From Azolla caroliniana (Eukaryota > Plantae > Polypodiophyta): 64,000 nucleotides of DNA. The stretch covers positions 15,562,001-15,626,000 of the forward strand of contig JBHGNT010000002.1 of assembly GCA_043228905.1 (NCBI GenBank), in the 5' to 3' direction. Shown piece after piece: positions 27,001-38,300 of this stretch (position 1 is its first letter; every line of letters begins with the position of its first letter). The position numbers and the translations under genes were made by a program. The notes under the pieces are model-generated. The model did no database searches and had not been told where the DNA came from. It saw nothing but the letters and a program-made list of their open reading frames with translations.

Positions 27001-27372
27001 CGAATATGTCGGCGGATGCAGATACTAGCCGGTCGACATACGTATATGGCATGACTTATGCAAGGGGACCTATTTCATGGCAATCGAGGCTGCAGAAGAC
27101 AGTTGCATTGTCAACCACGGACGCGGAGTACATGGCAGCTGTAGAAGCTGGCAAAGAGATACTCTGGATGAAGGAATTCATCGGAGAGCTAGGTATCCAA
27201 CAGAAGGAATACCGGCTCTATTGCGACAGTCAAAGTGCCATCCACCTTGCAAAGAACACAACCTACCATTCCTAGACGAAACATTTCCAGCGGAGGTACC
27301 ACTGGATCCGGGAGAGAGTAGAAGTTCAAGAGTTCGTGCTGACAAAGATCCACACGGAGGAGTGTCATGATA

Positions 27373-27431
27373 TGGCAAGACTCGAACCCATGACCTTATG
27401 CTACATGGGTCGAGCTCTTACCATTAGACTA
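27373..27431 (-). promoter_or_regulatory. tRNA-derived A-box/B-box module in the family B LTR (also 32059-32117, where the B-box is mutated)
   Basis: Minus strand: TAGTCTAATGGTAAGAGCTCGACCCATGTAGCATAAGGTCATGGGTTCGAGTCTTGCCA. A-box TAGTCTAATGG, B-box GGTTCGAGTC. Confidence 0.75.
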
Positions 27432-27788
27432 TGAATTGTAATACGTATGATATTATTTTCATTTATGTTTTATCATAGAAAATTGATGTATATTCCAGAT
27501 CTCTCTGGAACATTCTAGAAGCTTCAGGATTATTCCTGAGAACACTATAAAAGAGGGCACTAGGCATTATGTTGAACCAAATTGGTTCAACACCAGTCTT
27601 AAGCCTCTTAGCCGATTTGTACTTATCTTTCATATAATATAAGAGCTGTTGTCATCATCCTATCTCTCTCTCTCCTCTTCTCACTTCCTCTCTCTCGGGA
27701 ATGTTACGCAGTCCCGTCCTCTTAGTACTAATAGTACTACTCTTCTTAGTACTAATTCCATCTTTGCTTTAGTACTATTCCTGACAGT

Positions 27789-27800
27789 TTGAACCAATTT
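27789..27800 (+). other. Self-priming PBS (Tf1-type), complementary to the LTR just downstream of the TATA box
   Basis: TTGAACCAATTT is the reverse complement of AAATTGGTTCAA at 27579-27590, 33 nt after TATAAAA (27546). No TGG-starting tRNA PBS is present. Confidence 0.8.
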
Positions 27801-30800
27801 TCCTCTTTCCTCCAGCCTACTTGTCGTTCTCCCTCATCCTCCTACCCTTTTCCCTCTACTATGGCTACTGTTAGCGCCCAAGAATATCAATCCATTTTCT
27901 CTGAGTTACAGTGCCTAAAAGAAAAATTTGTTGCCCTGGAACAAGAAAACCAACGGCTGATAGGGGATCTGCAACAAATCGCTCTAGAAAAGCAACAAAT
28001 GCAGCAACAACATGGGGAGTTAGCGTTACGGGTGCAACAACTCGAAGCGGCATTGCAACAACAAGGATCAAGTCCCCAAGGATTTCATAAAGAGCCGAAG
28101 ATTGGACTTCCTGTGAAATTTGATGGAACACGATCGCAATTCAGGGCATTCCTTAATCAGGTACGATTAGTCCTCCAAATGCATCCTTCCCGATACCCCA
28201 CTGATGCATCCCGAGTCGGCTTAATAGGCATATTGCTTAGCGGCTCAGCCTTACCATGGTTTGCTCCGCTTCTAGAAAAACAATCGCCCTTGCTTAATAA
28301 CTTTGAAGATTTTATTAGTGAGTTCAAAGCCTGCTTTGGAGACACCGACAGCATCAGGACGGCGATCAACAAGATCCGGCGATTGCGTCAAGGCGATCGT
28401 CCAGCCTTTGCCTACGCGGCGGATTTCCGCCTACTCGCTTCCGACATACCCTGGGATGATCAAGCACTAATGTAGCAGTTTCGCTATGGCCTGCGAAATG
28501 ATGTCAAAGATCTACTTCTAACCTTCCCCGAAGAACCAAAGTCTCTTACGGAGGCAATCAGTCGAGCGGTCCGATGTGACAACCGCCTCTTCGAACGGCG
28601 TTCGGAACGTCAATTACATATACCACGTGCTAGGCCGGAGCCCACTTACGCCGCAGATGCGGCTAGACCGTTTGCATGAGACATACCTCAAGCAAATACT
28701 TCGACACTGATGGAGATCGATACCATGCGTCGACGCGGCCCGTTATTGGAAGAAGAAAAGCAACGACGACGTGCAAATCGATTATGTCTTTATTGCGGTG
28801 GACCAGGGCATATCGCAATCAATTGTCCCCATAGGCCAAGAAGACAGGTAAATCAAATTGTAGCCTGTACTAAACCCGAGTCAATTCTTCAGATTGGAGA
28901 ACAAGAGCAGTCCGATATCAACCACCCCAAGAATCAACTCACCAAGTTTCGACCATTTCACTCCATCAACTACGCGAAGAAGGACCCAAGGAGGCAATGT
29001 TCCTATTTGCAATATCAGTACATCCTTCCAGCACTATTAAGGACTCCTCAGTACAACTTCCAACAAAATATCATCCTTATGCCGATGTATTTGACAAGGT
29101 AAAAGCCGGTACCCTTCCTCATCACCGTCCCTATGACTGTCCCATTGATTTACAACCAGGAACCGAGCCACCATGGGGACCAATTTACAACTTGTCACCC
29201 ACCGAGTTAGAAGTCCTTCGAGCGTACATAGAGGAGAACTTGGCAAGCGGGTTCATCCGCCATTCGAAATCTCCGGCCGGTGCACCCATCTTCTTTGTCA
29301 AGAAGAAAGATGGCTCACTTCGTCTTGTCGTTGATTACCGTGGATTGAATAAAGTCACCATCTGGAATAGGTATGCACTTCCTCTTATATCAAGTCTTTT
29401 AGAGCGAGTTAATGGTGCCAAGTCTTTTACTAAAATCGACCTACGAGGAGCGTATAACCTCGTGCGGATCCGACCGGGAGATGAGTGGAAGACCGCCTTT
29501 CGCACGCGGTATGGGAATTTCGAGTATATTGTTATGCCGTTAGGCCTAACCAATTCACCCGCAGTCTTCCAACACATGGCAAATGATATATTCAGAGACC
29601 TCTTGGATAATTTCTTGATCATTTATCTGGATGATCTATTGATCTATTCGAAGACCCAGGAAGACCACGATTCTCATGTACTATTAGTACTAAAGCGACT
29701 CCGCGAGAATGGTCTTTATGCCAAGCTAGAAAAATGTAGCTTTGACTGCAAGCAAGTGGAATTTCTAGGCTACGTCATCTCCTCAAAGGGCATCGCCATG
29801 GATCCAGCTAAAATCCAAACTATACTAGAGTGGTAAATTCCACGATCGGTACGAGATGTACAATGTTTTCTAGGTTTTGCTAACTTCCACCGTAAGTTTA
29901 TACAGGATTACTCGAAGATTATTTTACCTCTCACACAACTTACGAAGAAGGGCCAAGCATTTCTTTGGTCCATAGAAGCAGATATGGCTTTTCGACATCT
30001 TAAGAAAGCCTTTACATCAGCACCGATTCTAGCTCATGTGGATACAAGCAAACCATTCATCATGGAGGCCGACGCATCAGATTTCGCCCTTGGTAGCATC
30101 CTTTCTCAACAAGGCGATAAAGAAGAGTTGCATCCGGTGGCTTTCCATTCGCGCAAATTCGATGTCGCAGAAATCAACTACGAAATACATGACAATGAGT
30201 TATTAGCCATCATGGATTCATTTGTACAATGGCGGCATTTCTTAGAGGGCTCTCCACATCAGGTCATTGTCTTTAGCGATCATAAAAATCTTGCTTATTT
30301 CCAGAACGCTCGCGTACTAAATCGACGGCAAGCTCGGTGGGCGCAATTCCTCACGCGTTTCGACTTAAAATCACATATCGACCGGGGAAGCAGCAAGGAA
30401 AAGCAGATGCACTATCACGGCGTTCATATCTTGCACCTCGGCCTGGTGACACAACATTTGATAATCAAAAGCAAGTAATCTTGGGACCAACACGATTGCA
30501 CATGACGTGGATTTTTCACACCCCGATGGATTCACGGATTACCGATGACATACGTGCAACCTTGAAGACGGATAGTTTTGCTCAAGACATCCTGGCGCAC
30601 ATTGATACTTCTCGGGCATCCTGTTCTCAATCTCAACAACCAAGTATTGACTACCGACAATTCGAATATCATGATGGTTTGTTATTCTTTAAAAAGCGCG
30701 TATATGTCCCCGATTGCTCCTGTCGCCTTCAAATCGTCCAACATTGTCACGACACCCATACGGTGGGACATTTCGGTAGTACTAAGACGTTGGAGCTAGT

Positions 30801-32640
30801 GCAACGATCTTTTTGGTGGCCCCACATGCGTCGTTTTGTCGACGACTACGTTCGGACCTGTGATGCTTGCTACCGAGCAAAGATTCCACGACACCATCCA
30901 TATGGCTTGTTGGAACCCTTACCGATTCCAAGTAAGCCGTGGTAGTCTATTTGTCTTGATTTTATCACAGATCTGTCGGTCTCGAAGGAGTTCGATGCTA
31001 TCCTAACCGTCGTCGATCGATATACGAAGATGGCACATTTTGTGCCGTGTACTAAAGGCATCACTAGCGAGGAAACCGCCGCTCTTGTTATGCGTGAGGT
31101 ATTTCGGCATCATGGCCTCCCAGACAGTATTATCAGTGACCAAGGCCCGCAATTTGTCTCCAAATTTTGGCAGCATCTCTTCAAGATGCTCAAGGTCTCC
31201 TGCAACCTCTCCTCCGACTACCATCCTCAAACCGACGGGCAGGCGGAACGAACAAACCAAACGCTAGAGCAATATCTCCGGTGTTTCCTGAGTTATCAAC
31301 AGGACGATTGGGCCGAGATTTTCCACTTTGCGGAGTTTGCGTATAATAATGCTATTCACTCCTCGACTCGGGTCTCCCCATTTTTCGCTTATACCGGTTT
31401 CCATCCTCGCTGGTCGGTGATCGACACTCCGGAGCTACCTACCAACCCTCATGCCGAGGATCATTTGGAGAGGCTACGCAAGATCCAGATGGATCTCTCT
31501 ACTCACCTTCGTCATGCTCAACACACACAGAAGACTTATGCGGATCGTCATCGGATTCCCTCCTCTTTTGCCATCGGAGATCGAGTATGGCTCTTACGTC
31601 GTCACATCAAGACTACTCGATCGTGCAACAAGTTGGATTATCGACGACTCGGTCCCTTCCGTATTATGGGTAAGATTAATGATGTCACCTTCCGCCTTGA
31701 TCTCCCTCCGCAGCTTCAAATACATCCGGTTTTCCATTGTTCTCTTCTTGAACCTTATAAAGCAAACACCATTTCTGATCATGTGACACCACCGCCGCCC
31801 CCGCTGGAGTTGGACGCCGGCCCAGAGTATGAAGTTGCTGCCATCCTCGATTCCAAACTTGTTCGCAACAAACTTTATTATTTGGTCGATTGGCTCGGTT
31901 ATAGTCCAAGCGAACGTACTTGGGAACCCGTCGAGCATGTTGCCAATGCTCAGGATCTTCTTGCTGATTTCCACCGAAAGTATCAGGACAAACCCGGTCC
32001 GCAATCAGCACCGACTCGTTCCACTCGTCATCTTTAAGGGGGAGATAGTGTCATGATATGGCAAGACTCAAACCCATAACCTTATGCTACATGGGTCGAG
32101 CTCTTACCATTAGACTATGAATTGTAATACGTACGATATTATTTTCATTTATGCTTTATCATAGAAAATTGATGTATATTCCAGATCTCTCTGGAACATT
32201 CTAGAAGCTTCAGGATTATTCTTGAGAACACTATAAAAGAGGGCACTAGGCATTATGTTGAACCAAATTGGTTCAACACCAATCTTAAGCCTCTTAGCCG
32301 ATTTGTACTTATCTTTCATATAATATAAGAGCTGTTGTCATCATCCTATCTCTCTCTCTCCTCTTCTCACTTCCTCTCTCTCGGGAATGTTACGCAGTCC
32401 TGTCCTCTTAGTACTAATAGTACTACTCTTCTTAGTACTAATTCCATCTCTGCTTTAGTACTATTCCTGACAAGGAGAACGGGTCGGACATGCTAACCAA
32501 GGTCCTGACAACCGACAAGCTGGACACGTGCCGAAAGAGGATTAGGCTGACAAGATATCCCATGCCGGAGTGAAGGGGGAGATTGTTGGGAAATCGGTCT
32601 CTTCGGATGGGATCCGGTCATATTGGTGTATAGTGAGAGC

Positions 32641-32683
<43 letters not shown>

Positions 32684-33185
32684 AGAGCGATACTCTGTTG
32701 TAATCGCCGGTTGGTGAAGATACAGAGCTCGAGGTCGTTGCCTCCGAGGCTCTGATTGTACCATTCTCCTAGAGTGATAGTTGGATTTTGTGGGCTCTTG
32801 TGGTTTTTCCCATTTAGGGTTTTCCACGTAAACATCCTGTGTATTTCCTTTGTGTACTCTCCACTTCCCATTATTGTGTTTCATTCTCAGAGAAGTGTTC
32901 AAGACTCGGTTGTGGCCGAGCAATATTCCTCGTTATTCTCTTCATGCCGTTGAATTTGTATGGTAGGCTGATGGTTGGTTCGAGGACATATGGATGGGAA
33001 GAGGACGTAGTCGGGCTAGGTACCAACAATGGTTGCGACCCGGCGGGTGGTGGATTCCTGAAAGATTTCATTCTCTAGCTGAAGTTGTTGCAAGGCTACC
33101 ATGACTTGGTTTAGGTAGTGGACGAAGCCAAAGATGATAGCAAGAATAGGGGAAGGTGAACAAACTGTCACAGACAAGTATAATA

Positions 33186-34586
33186 TGTTGGCAAATAGGT
33201 CCCTTCGGATGGGAAAAACTGAAATCAAAATCGAAACCGAAACCGAAATCGAAACTGAAACCGAAACCGATTCAGAAGACTATAATTGTAAATAGTCTAA
33301 AATGCCAGAAAATTGTTTTTGTTTATAAGCAACTAGGGAAAACTTTAGTAAACTGTAGTTGATCATTACTGTAAAGTGAGAACCAGGTAGTTGCGTCTGT
33401 AACCGTGAGTGAGAGAGTGAGAGTGTAACTCTGTAGCTGTCTGTCAAACGAAGGAGAACTCGAGGTCGTTGCCTCCAAGTTCCATATTTGTACTTCCTCT
33501 CTACTATAGTGATATGTTTTCTCGGGGTTTGTAGACCCCCGTGGTTTTTTCCCATTTCGGGTTTTTCCACGTAAAATATCGGTGTCTCTGTCTTCACATT
33601 TTTCCTGTCTGTGTGCTAGTTCTTGGTTTCTGCAAACGAATACGAACGTGTAACCGGTTGTGGCCGGTCGATTCCTAACAAAGTGGTATCAGATGGATGG
33701 AAGATTCGTTCGGCGGCATGTTTAAGCTAACCGGCTCCAACTACTCATTGTGGTAGTTGAAGATGAGAGACATGCTCATGTGCAAAGACCTCTAGTTGCC
33801 GGTACAGTTCAAAGATAAAAGACCAAACAAGATCGATGCAGGGACTTGGGAAGTGTTGCATCCGAAGGCAGCTGCATATATAAGGTGTTTTATAGACATG
33901 AGTCTATACAACAACTTCGGCGAAGAAACAGAAGCAGACGTCCTATGGAAGAAGCTCGGCATCATGTTCGAAAACAAGAACGCCGTGAACCGAGTCTCAG
34001 TATTTTGAAAAATCGTGAGGCTCCGGTATAAGGATGGCTCCAATGTGGCAGAGCACATCAATGCCTTCCAAGGATTGATGAACCAAACCACCTCTCTAGA
34101 AGTACCTCCGACTGACGAGGTATTAGCATTGTTGTTGCTGGGATCCCTTCTGGACAGTTGGGAAATGTTGGTTGTCACGCTGGGCAACGCGGGACCGGAA
34201 GGGAAACACCTATCCCTAGAGTAGGTGAAGTTGAGCTTGTTGAATGAAGAAGCTTGCTGGAAGGATCGAGAGTCCAACACCGACCAGAAGGCCTTACTAA
34301 CGAAGGTGACACGATTCGGGGAAGAAGCCGAAATCGAAGTCCCTAGAACCGAGATAAGTCAAGGACCAGGTCGAAGTCGGGGGGGAGACCCACGTGCTTC
34401 TCATGTGGGAAGCCGGGGCACTTCTAGAAAAACTGATGACACTTTCAAAAGGAGAAAGGGGGAGCTGATAGTGTAGAGCCAAAGAAAATCACAAACAAAA
34501 AGAACACCTCATCAATCGCCGTGAGTGAGGAGTTGTTGCTCATCATTGAGCAAAACGAAGTTAATCTCGCCGGTGAAGAATCGACA
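33186..34586 (+). mobile_element. 5' fragment of a Tnt1-like copia (LTR, PBS, degenerate gag)
   Basis: LTR 33186-33680 (TGTTGG...CCTAACA), PBS TGGTATCAGA 33684-33693, gag MEDSFGGMFKL..., truncated just before the protease motif and fused to LINE ORF1. Confidence 0.9.
33215..33270 (+). repeat. Hexamer array (GAAACC/GAAATC/GAAACT), about 9 units, in copia U3
   Basis: aaaact gaaatc aaaatc gaaacc gaaacc gaaatc gaaact gaaacc gaaacc. Confidence 0.85.
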
Positions 34587-35316
34587 CGAATGCTACAAAT
34601 AAGTGCAAATTTTGTGTGTTATGGGATACAAATCGTAAGAGGCCAGGATGGGTGCATATGAAAACACCTGGAATGAAAAGACTTTGTTTTAAATTGAAGT
34701 GGGAGACATTTGCAGGTCACTGTTTTGGATGTGGTGAATGGGGTCGCTTTATGGCAAAATGCCATCGTCATTGTCCTTCAACTATAGAGGTTCCTAATGA
34801 AGGGAATGGTAAGGAAGGATTTGGGAGAGATGTTGGTGTGTCAGATATGGTGGTTGTTATGGATGAAGGAACATCATCTACAGCAGGTTATAAAGAGGTT
34901 TCACTTCAAGCTTTGGGCCCTAAGAATAAGGGAACTCAATCTATGGATATGGAAAAACAAAATTTGGTGGTTATAGATAAGGGGAAAAAACCGTTGGATA
35001 GAACTAGTAATGATGTTTTCGTTGAGAAGGATTGGCATCAGGTTAAGGGCAAGTCGAAGGGCAAATCAATGAGTATGCAACGTAATAGTTTGCCCACTAC
35101 TCGTGAGACTACTCGGAAAAGTAATTCAGGAACAAGGGAGGGTCCTCAAAAAGTTCCTTGGCAAAGAAAATTTAGGGATAAGGGATTACCCCTTCTCCTT
35201 CAATTTGATTCATTGGGACGAGATGTAAACTCATCGATTTCTCAAGGTTTTCGTCAAGCGGGAGAACCTAAACAAAAGAGTTCGATAGACAACTCTAAGG
35301 ATGTGGTGCATGAAAA

Positions 35317-38300
35317 TGTCAGGAGTATGCGGAATATTGCTCGGCCACAACCGAGTCTTAGGATCAACCACAGAAAGATGGGAATAAGAAGAAATGCACG
35401 TATACACACAAACAGTAGGGCAAGAGAAAGTACACTGGATGTTTACGTGGAAAACCCTGAACGGGAAAAACCACGGGAGCCCACTACCTCCAAACTATCA
35501 GTATGTCTAAAAGAATACAACAGGAGGAGCACAGAGGCAACGACCTCGTGCTCTCAATCTTCGCCAACAGGCGGTTACAATAGAGACTGTTCAGGTTTCT
35601 CTCTCTCTGTTACGCTCTGTACAGTAGTTACACCAATAACTCTATGCATAAAAAAATAATGACAACACATTGATGCTTTACAAAACATGTTTGCCCTAAG
35701 TCATATTTATACTGATATGACTTTAGGACTATTTACATATATAGCCCCAATGGGCTCTCAGAACATAATTACATATATGTCACTTCATCCGGTGAGAGGC
35801 TCTCACCGGGCCTGCATCATCCGGTTCTCACCGGTTCTTCCTTGCCGGGTACACATAATTCGGTTCTGACCGGGCCTTCATCATCCCATCTGGAGGGACC
35901 AAAATCCTAACAAACTCCCCCTTCACTCTGACATGGGATGTTTGGTTAGTCCAATTCACTTCCGGCATGCGTCCAGCTTGTTAGGTGTCAGCACTTTGGT
36001 CAGCATATCTGACCTGTTCTCCTCCGTGTGGATTTTCGTCAACACGAACTCCCGATCTTCTACTTGCTCCCGGATCCAGTGGTACCTACGCTAGATGTGC
36101 TTTGTCCTGGAATGATAGGCGACGTTCTTTGCAAGATGGATGGCACTCTGACTGTCGCAATAGAGCCGGTATTCCTCTTGCCGGATTCCTAGCTCTCCGA
36201 TGAAGTCCTTCATCCACAATATTTCCTTGCCGGCTTCCACAGCTGCCATGTACTCCGCTTCCATGGTTGACAACGCAACCGTCTTCTGCAGCCTCGACTG
36301 CCACGAAATAGCTCCCCCCGCATATGTCATGACATATCCGGATGTTGATCGGCTGGTATCCGCATCAGTGGACATGTCTGAATCCGTGAATCTGTCGAGT
36401 TGGGGTTTACCTGAGCAGAATCGGAGGCACATACTCGAAGTGCCCTTCAAATACCAGAGTATCGATTTTACTGCATTCTAGTGCTCCTTGCCGGGATTGC
36501 TCATAAACCGACTCACCACACCGACTACATATCCGATATCTAGCCAGGTACACACCATTGCGTACATTAAGCTCTCGATGGAAGGCATATGGTACCTTCG
36601 TCTTCGGGCATTGCTTACCGGATAACCTGCAGTTTGTCGGAGTGTCGATCCGACCTTTGTCACGTACTTCTCCTATGACAGCCACAATTGCTTCTTCGAC
36701 CGGTCCCGGATGATATGCATACCCAGTATCTGTCTTGCCGGACCCAAGTCTTTCATTGAGAAGGTCCGTTTAAGGGCCTTCTTCAGCATCCGAATCTTCA
36801 CTTGGTCCTGTCCGACGATCAACATGTCGTCCATGTACAGGAGGAGTATCAGGAAGTCTCCACCTTCAAACTTCTTCACAAACACGCACTGATTGGCCTA
36901 CGTCTTGTGGTATCCTTGATCCGTCATGAAGGAGTCGAACTTCTGGTACCATTGCCGGGGAGCCTGCTTCAAATGGTAGAGGCTTTTCTACAATCGGCAA
37001 ACCAGGTGCTCCTTCCCTTTCTTCACAAATCCCTCCGGTTGCTGCATGTAGATCTCCTCTTTGAGGTCGCCGTGGAGGAATGCCGTCTTCACGTCTAATT
37101 GCTCTACCTTGAGGTCCATGCTTGCCGCTATGCTCAACACCGTCAGGATGGAAGTCATCTTTACTACTGGGGCAAATATCTCGTTGAAGTCCACGCCCTT
37201 CTTCTGTTGGAACCCCTTCACCACGATCTTGGCTTTGTATCTCAGGGGGTTGCCGTCATCTCCCGGTTTCAGCTTGAACACCCACTTGTTTTGAAGTGAC
37301 CTCTTTCCTTTCGGCAACTCCACCAATTCGTACGTGTGGTTCTCATGCAGGGAATCCATCTTGTCCTACATGGCACTTAACCACTAGTGGTTATGGGTGT
37401 CATCCTTCGCTTCTTTGAAGCTTTCCGGCTCCCCCTCATCGGTTAGCAACACATGCTCTGCAACCGGAAATCTCCGGGGGACTCTTCTCTCTCTGAGAGG
37501 ATATCTCCGACTTCGGTATTCGGTAACCGGCTCCTGCGTCTGTTCTTCATCCGAATCCGATTCGGGATCTTGGCCGGTTTCGGTTACACCTTCATCTTCT
37601 TCTTCTTCCGCCTGTTCGGTATCCTCACCGTAACCGGCTGGTTCTTCGAGTGTCAACCGGCTCTTAGTCGGGTAGGTCTGTATCTCATCGAACCGATCCT
37701 TACCGGTCGACTCGGAGTTCATTATCTTCTTCTCCGACTCCCAGTCGGCAAGGGTCTTGTCCTCCATGAAGACTATGTCCCAACTCCGGAACACCTTCTT
37801 GTCGATCAAGTCCCACACCCGGTAACCGAACTCATCATCGCCGTATCCAAGGAATACGCATGGCCTAGAATTCGGATCCAGCTTTGCTCTCTTATCCTTT
37901 GCAACATGCACATATGCGAGACACCCGAACACCTTCAGATGCCGGTAAGACACTTCCTTACCGGTCCACACTCTCTACAGCGTGTCTCCATCCAAGGGCA
38001 CTGAGGGTGATCTGTTTATCATGTACATCGTTGTCGCCAGCGCCTCAGTCCAAAACGTCTTGGGTAACCTTGCATGTGCTAGCATACTCCGGACCCTCTC
38101 CATTATGGTCTGGTTCATCCTCTCAGCCAGCCCGTTTAGTTCTGGCATCTTCGGCACGGTAAATTCAAGCCAGATTCCCTTCGAGTGGCAGTACTCCTCA
38201 AACTGCACCCGGTATTCTCCTCCGTTATCTGCTCAAACCGCCTTCAACTTCCAGCTGGTTTCTCTTTCCTCTCTTGTGTGGAGCTCCTTGAAGACGGATA

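Larger units (their letters stand above)
27363..32472 (+). mobile_element. Tcn1-like chromovirus family B copy 2, lacking the protease and frameshift region
   Basis: 424-bp LTRs 27363-27786 and 32049-32472. TSD AGGAG. PPT AAGGGGGAGATAG. gag ATG at 27861. Deletion junction at about 28890. RT, RH, IN and chromodomain ORFs 28997-32037. Confidence 0.96.
15854..32944 (+). mobile_element. Degenerate Tnt1/Tto1-like Ty1/copia element with two nested gypsy insertions
   Basis: LTRs 15854-16359 and 32584-32944 (3' LTR has an internal deletion; both contain (GA)n). PBS TGGTATCAGAG at 16363. PPT GAGTGAAGGGGGAGAT before 32584. TSD tgcca/tgccg. gag 16389-16989 and 24005-24300, PR, IN, RT (QLDVKTAFLHG, YVDD), RNase H. 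Confidence 0.95.
2581..33185 (-). mobile_element. Degenerate Tcn1-like Ty3/gypsy chromovirus (family A), the host of the nested insertions; own segments at 2581-5770, 8968-9441, 15073-15853 and 32945-33185
   Basis: Colinear domains on minus: gag start (MVALQQLQLENE, PTISLPYKFNG at about 32945-33102), gag (15349-15850), protease (about 9000-9350), RT ([18 protein letters not shown]), RNase H (VETDASNFAIG), integrase (HHPQTDGQ), chromodomain (EYEVDWILDSR...YLVLWKGYP). LTR stub begins at 33166. Reading continues across each nested insertion. Confidence 0.88.

Noticed and set aside
34616-35659. 347-aa ORF as a host gene
   Set aside because: It is a chimera of LINE ORF1 read through into a copia LTR at 35317.
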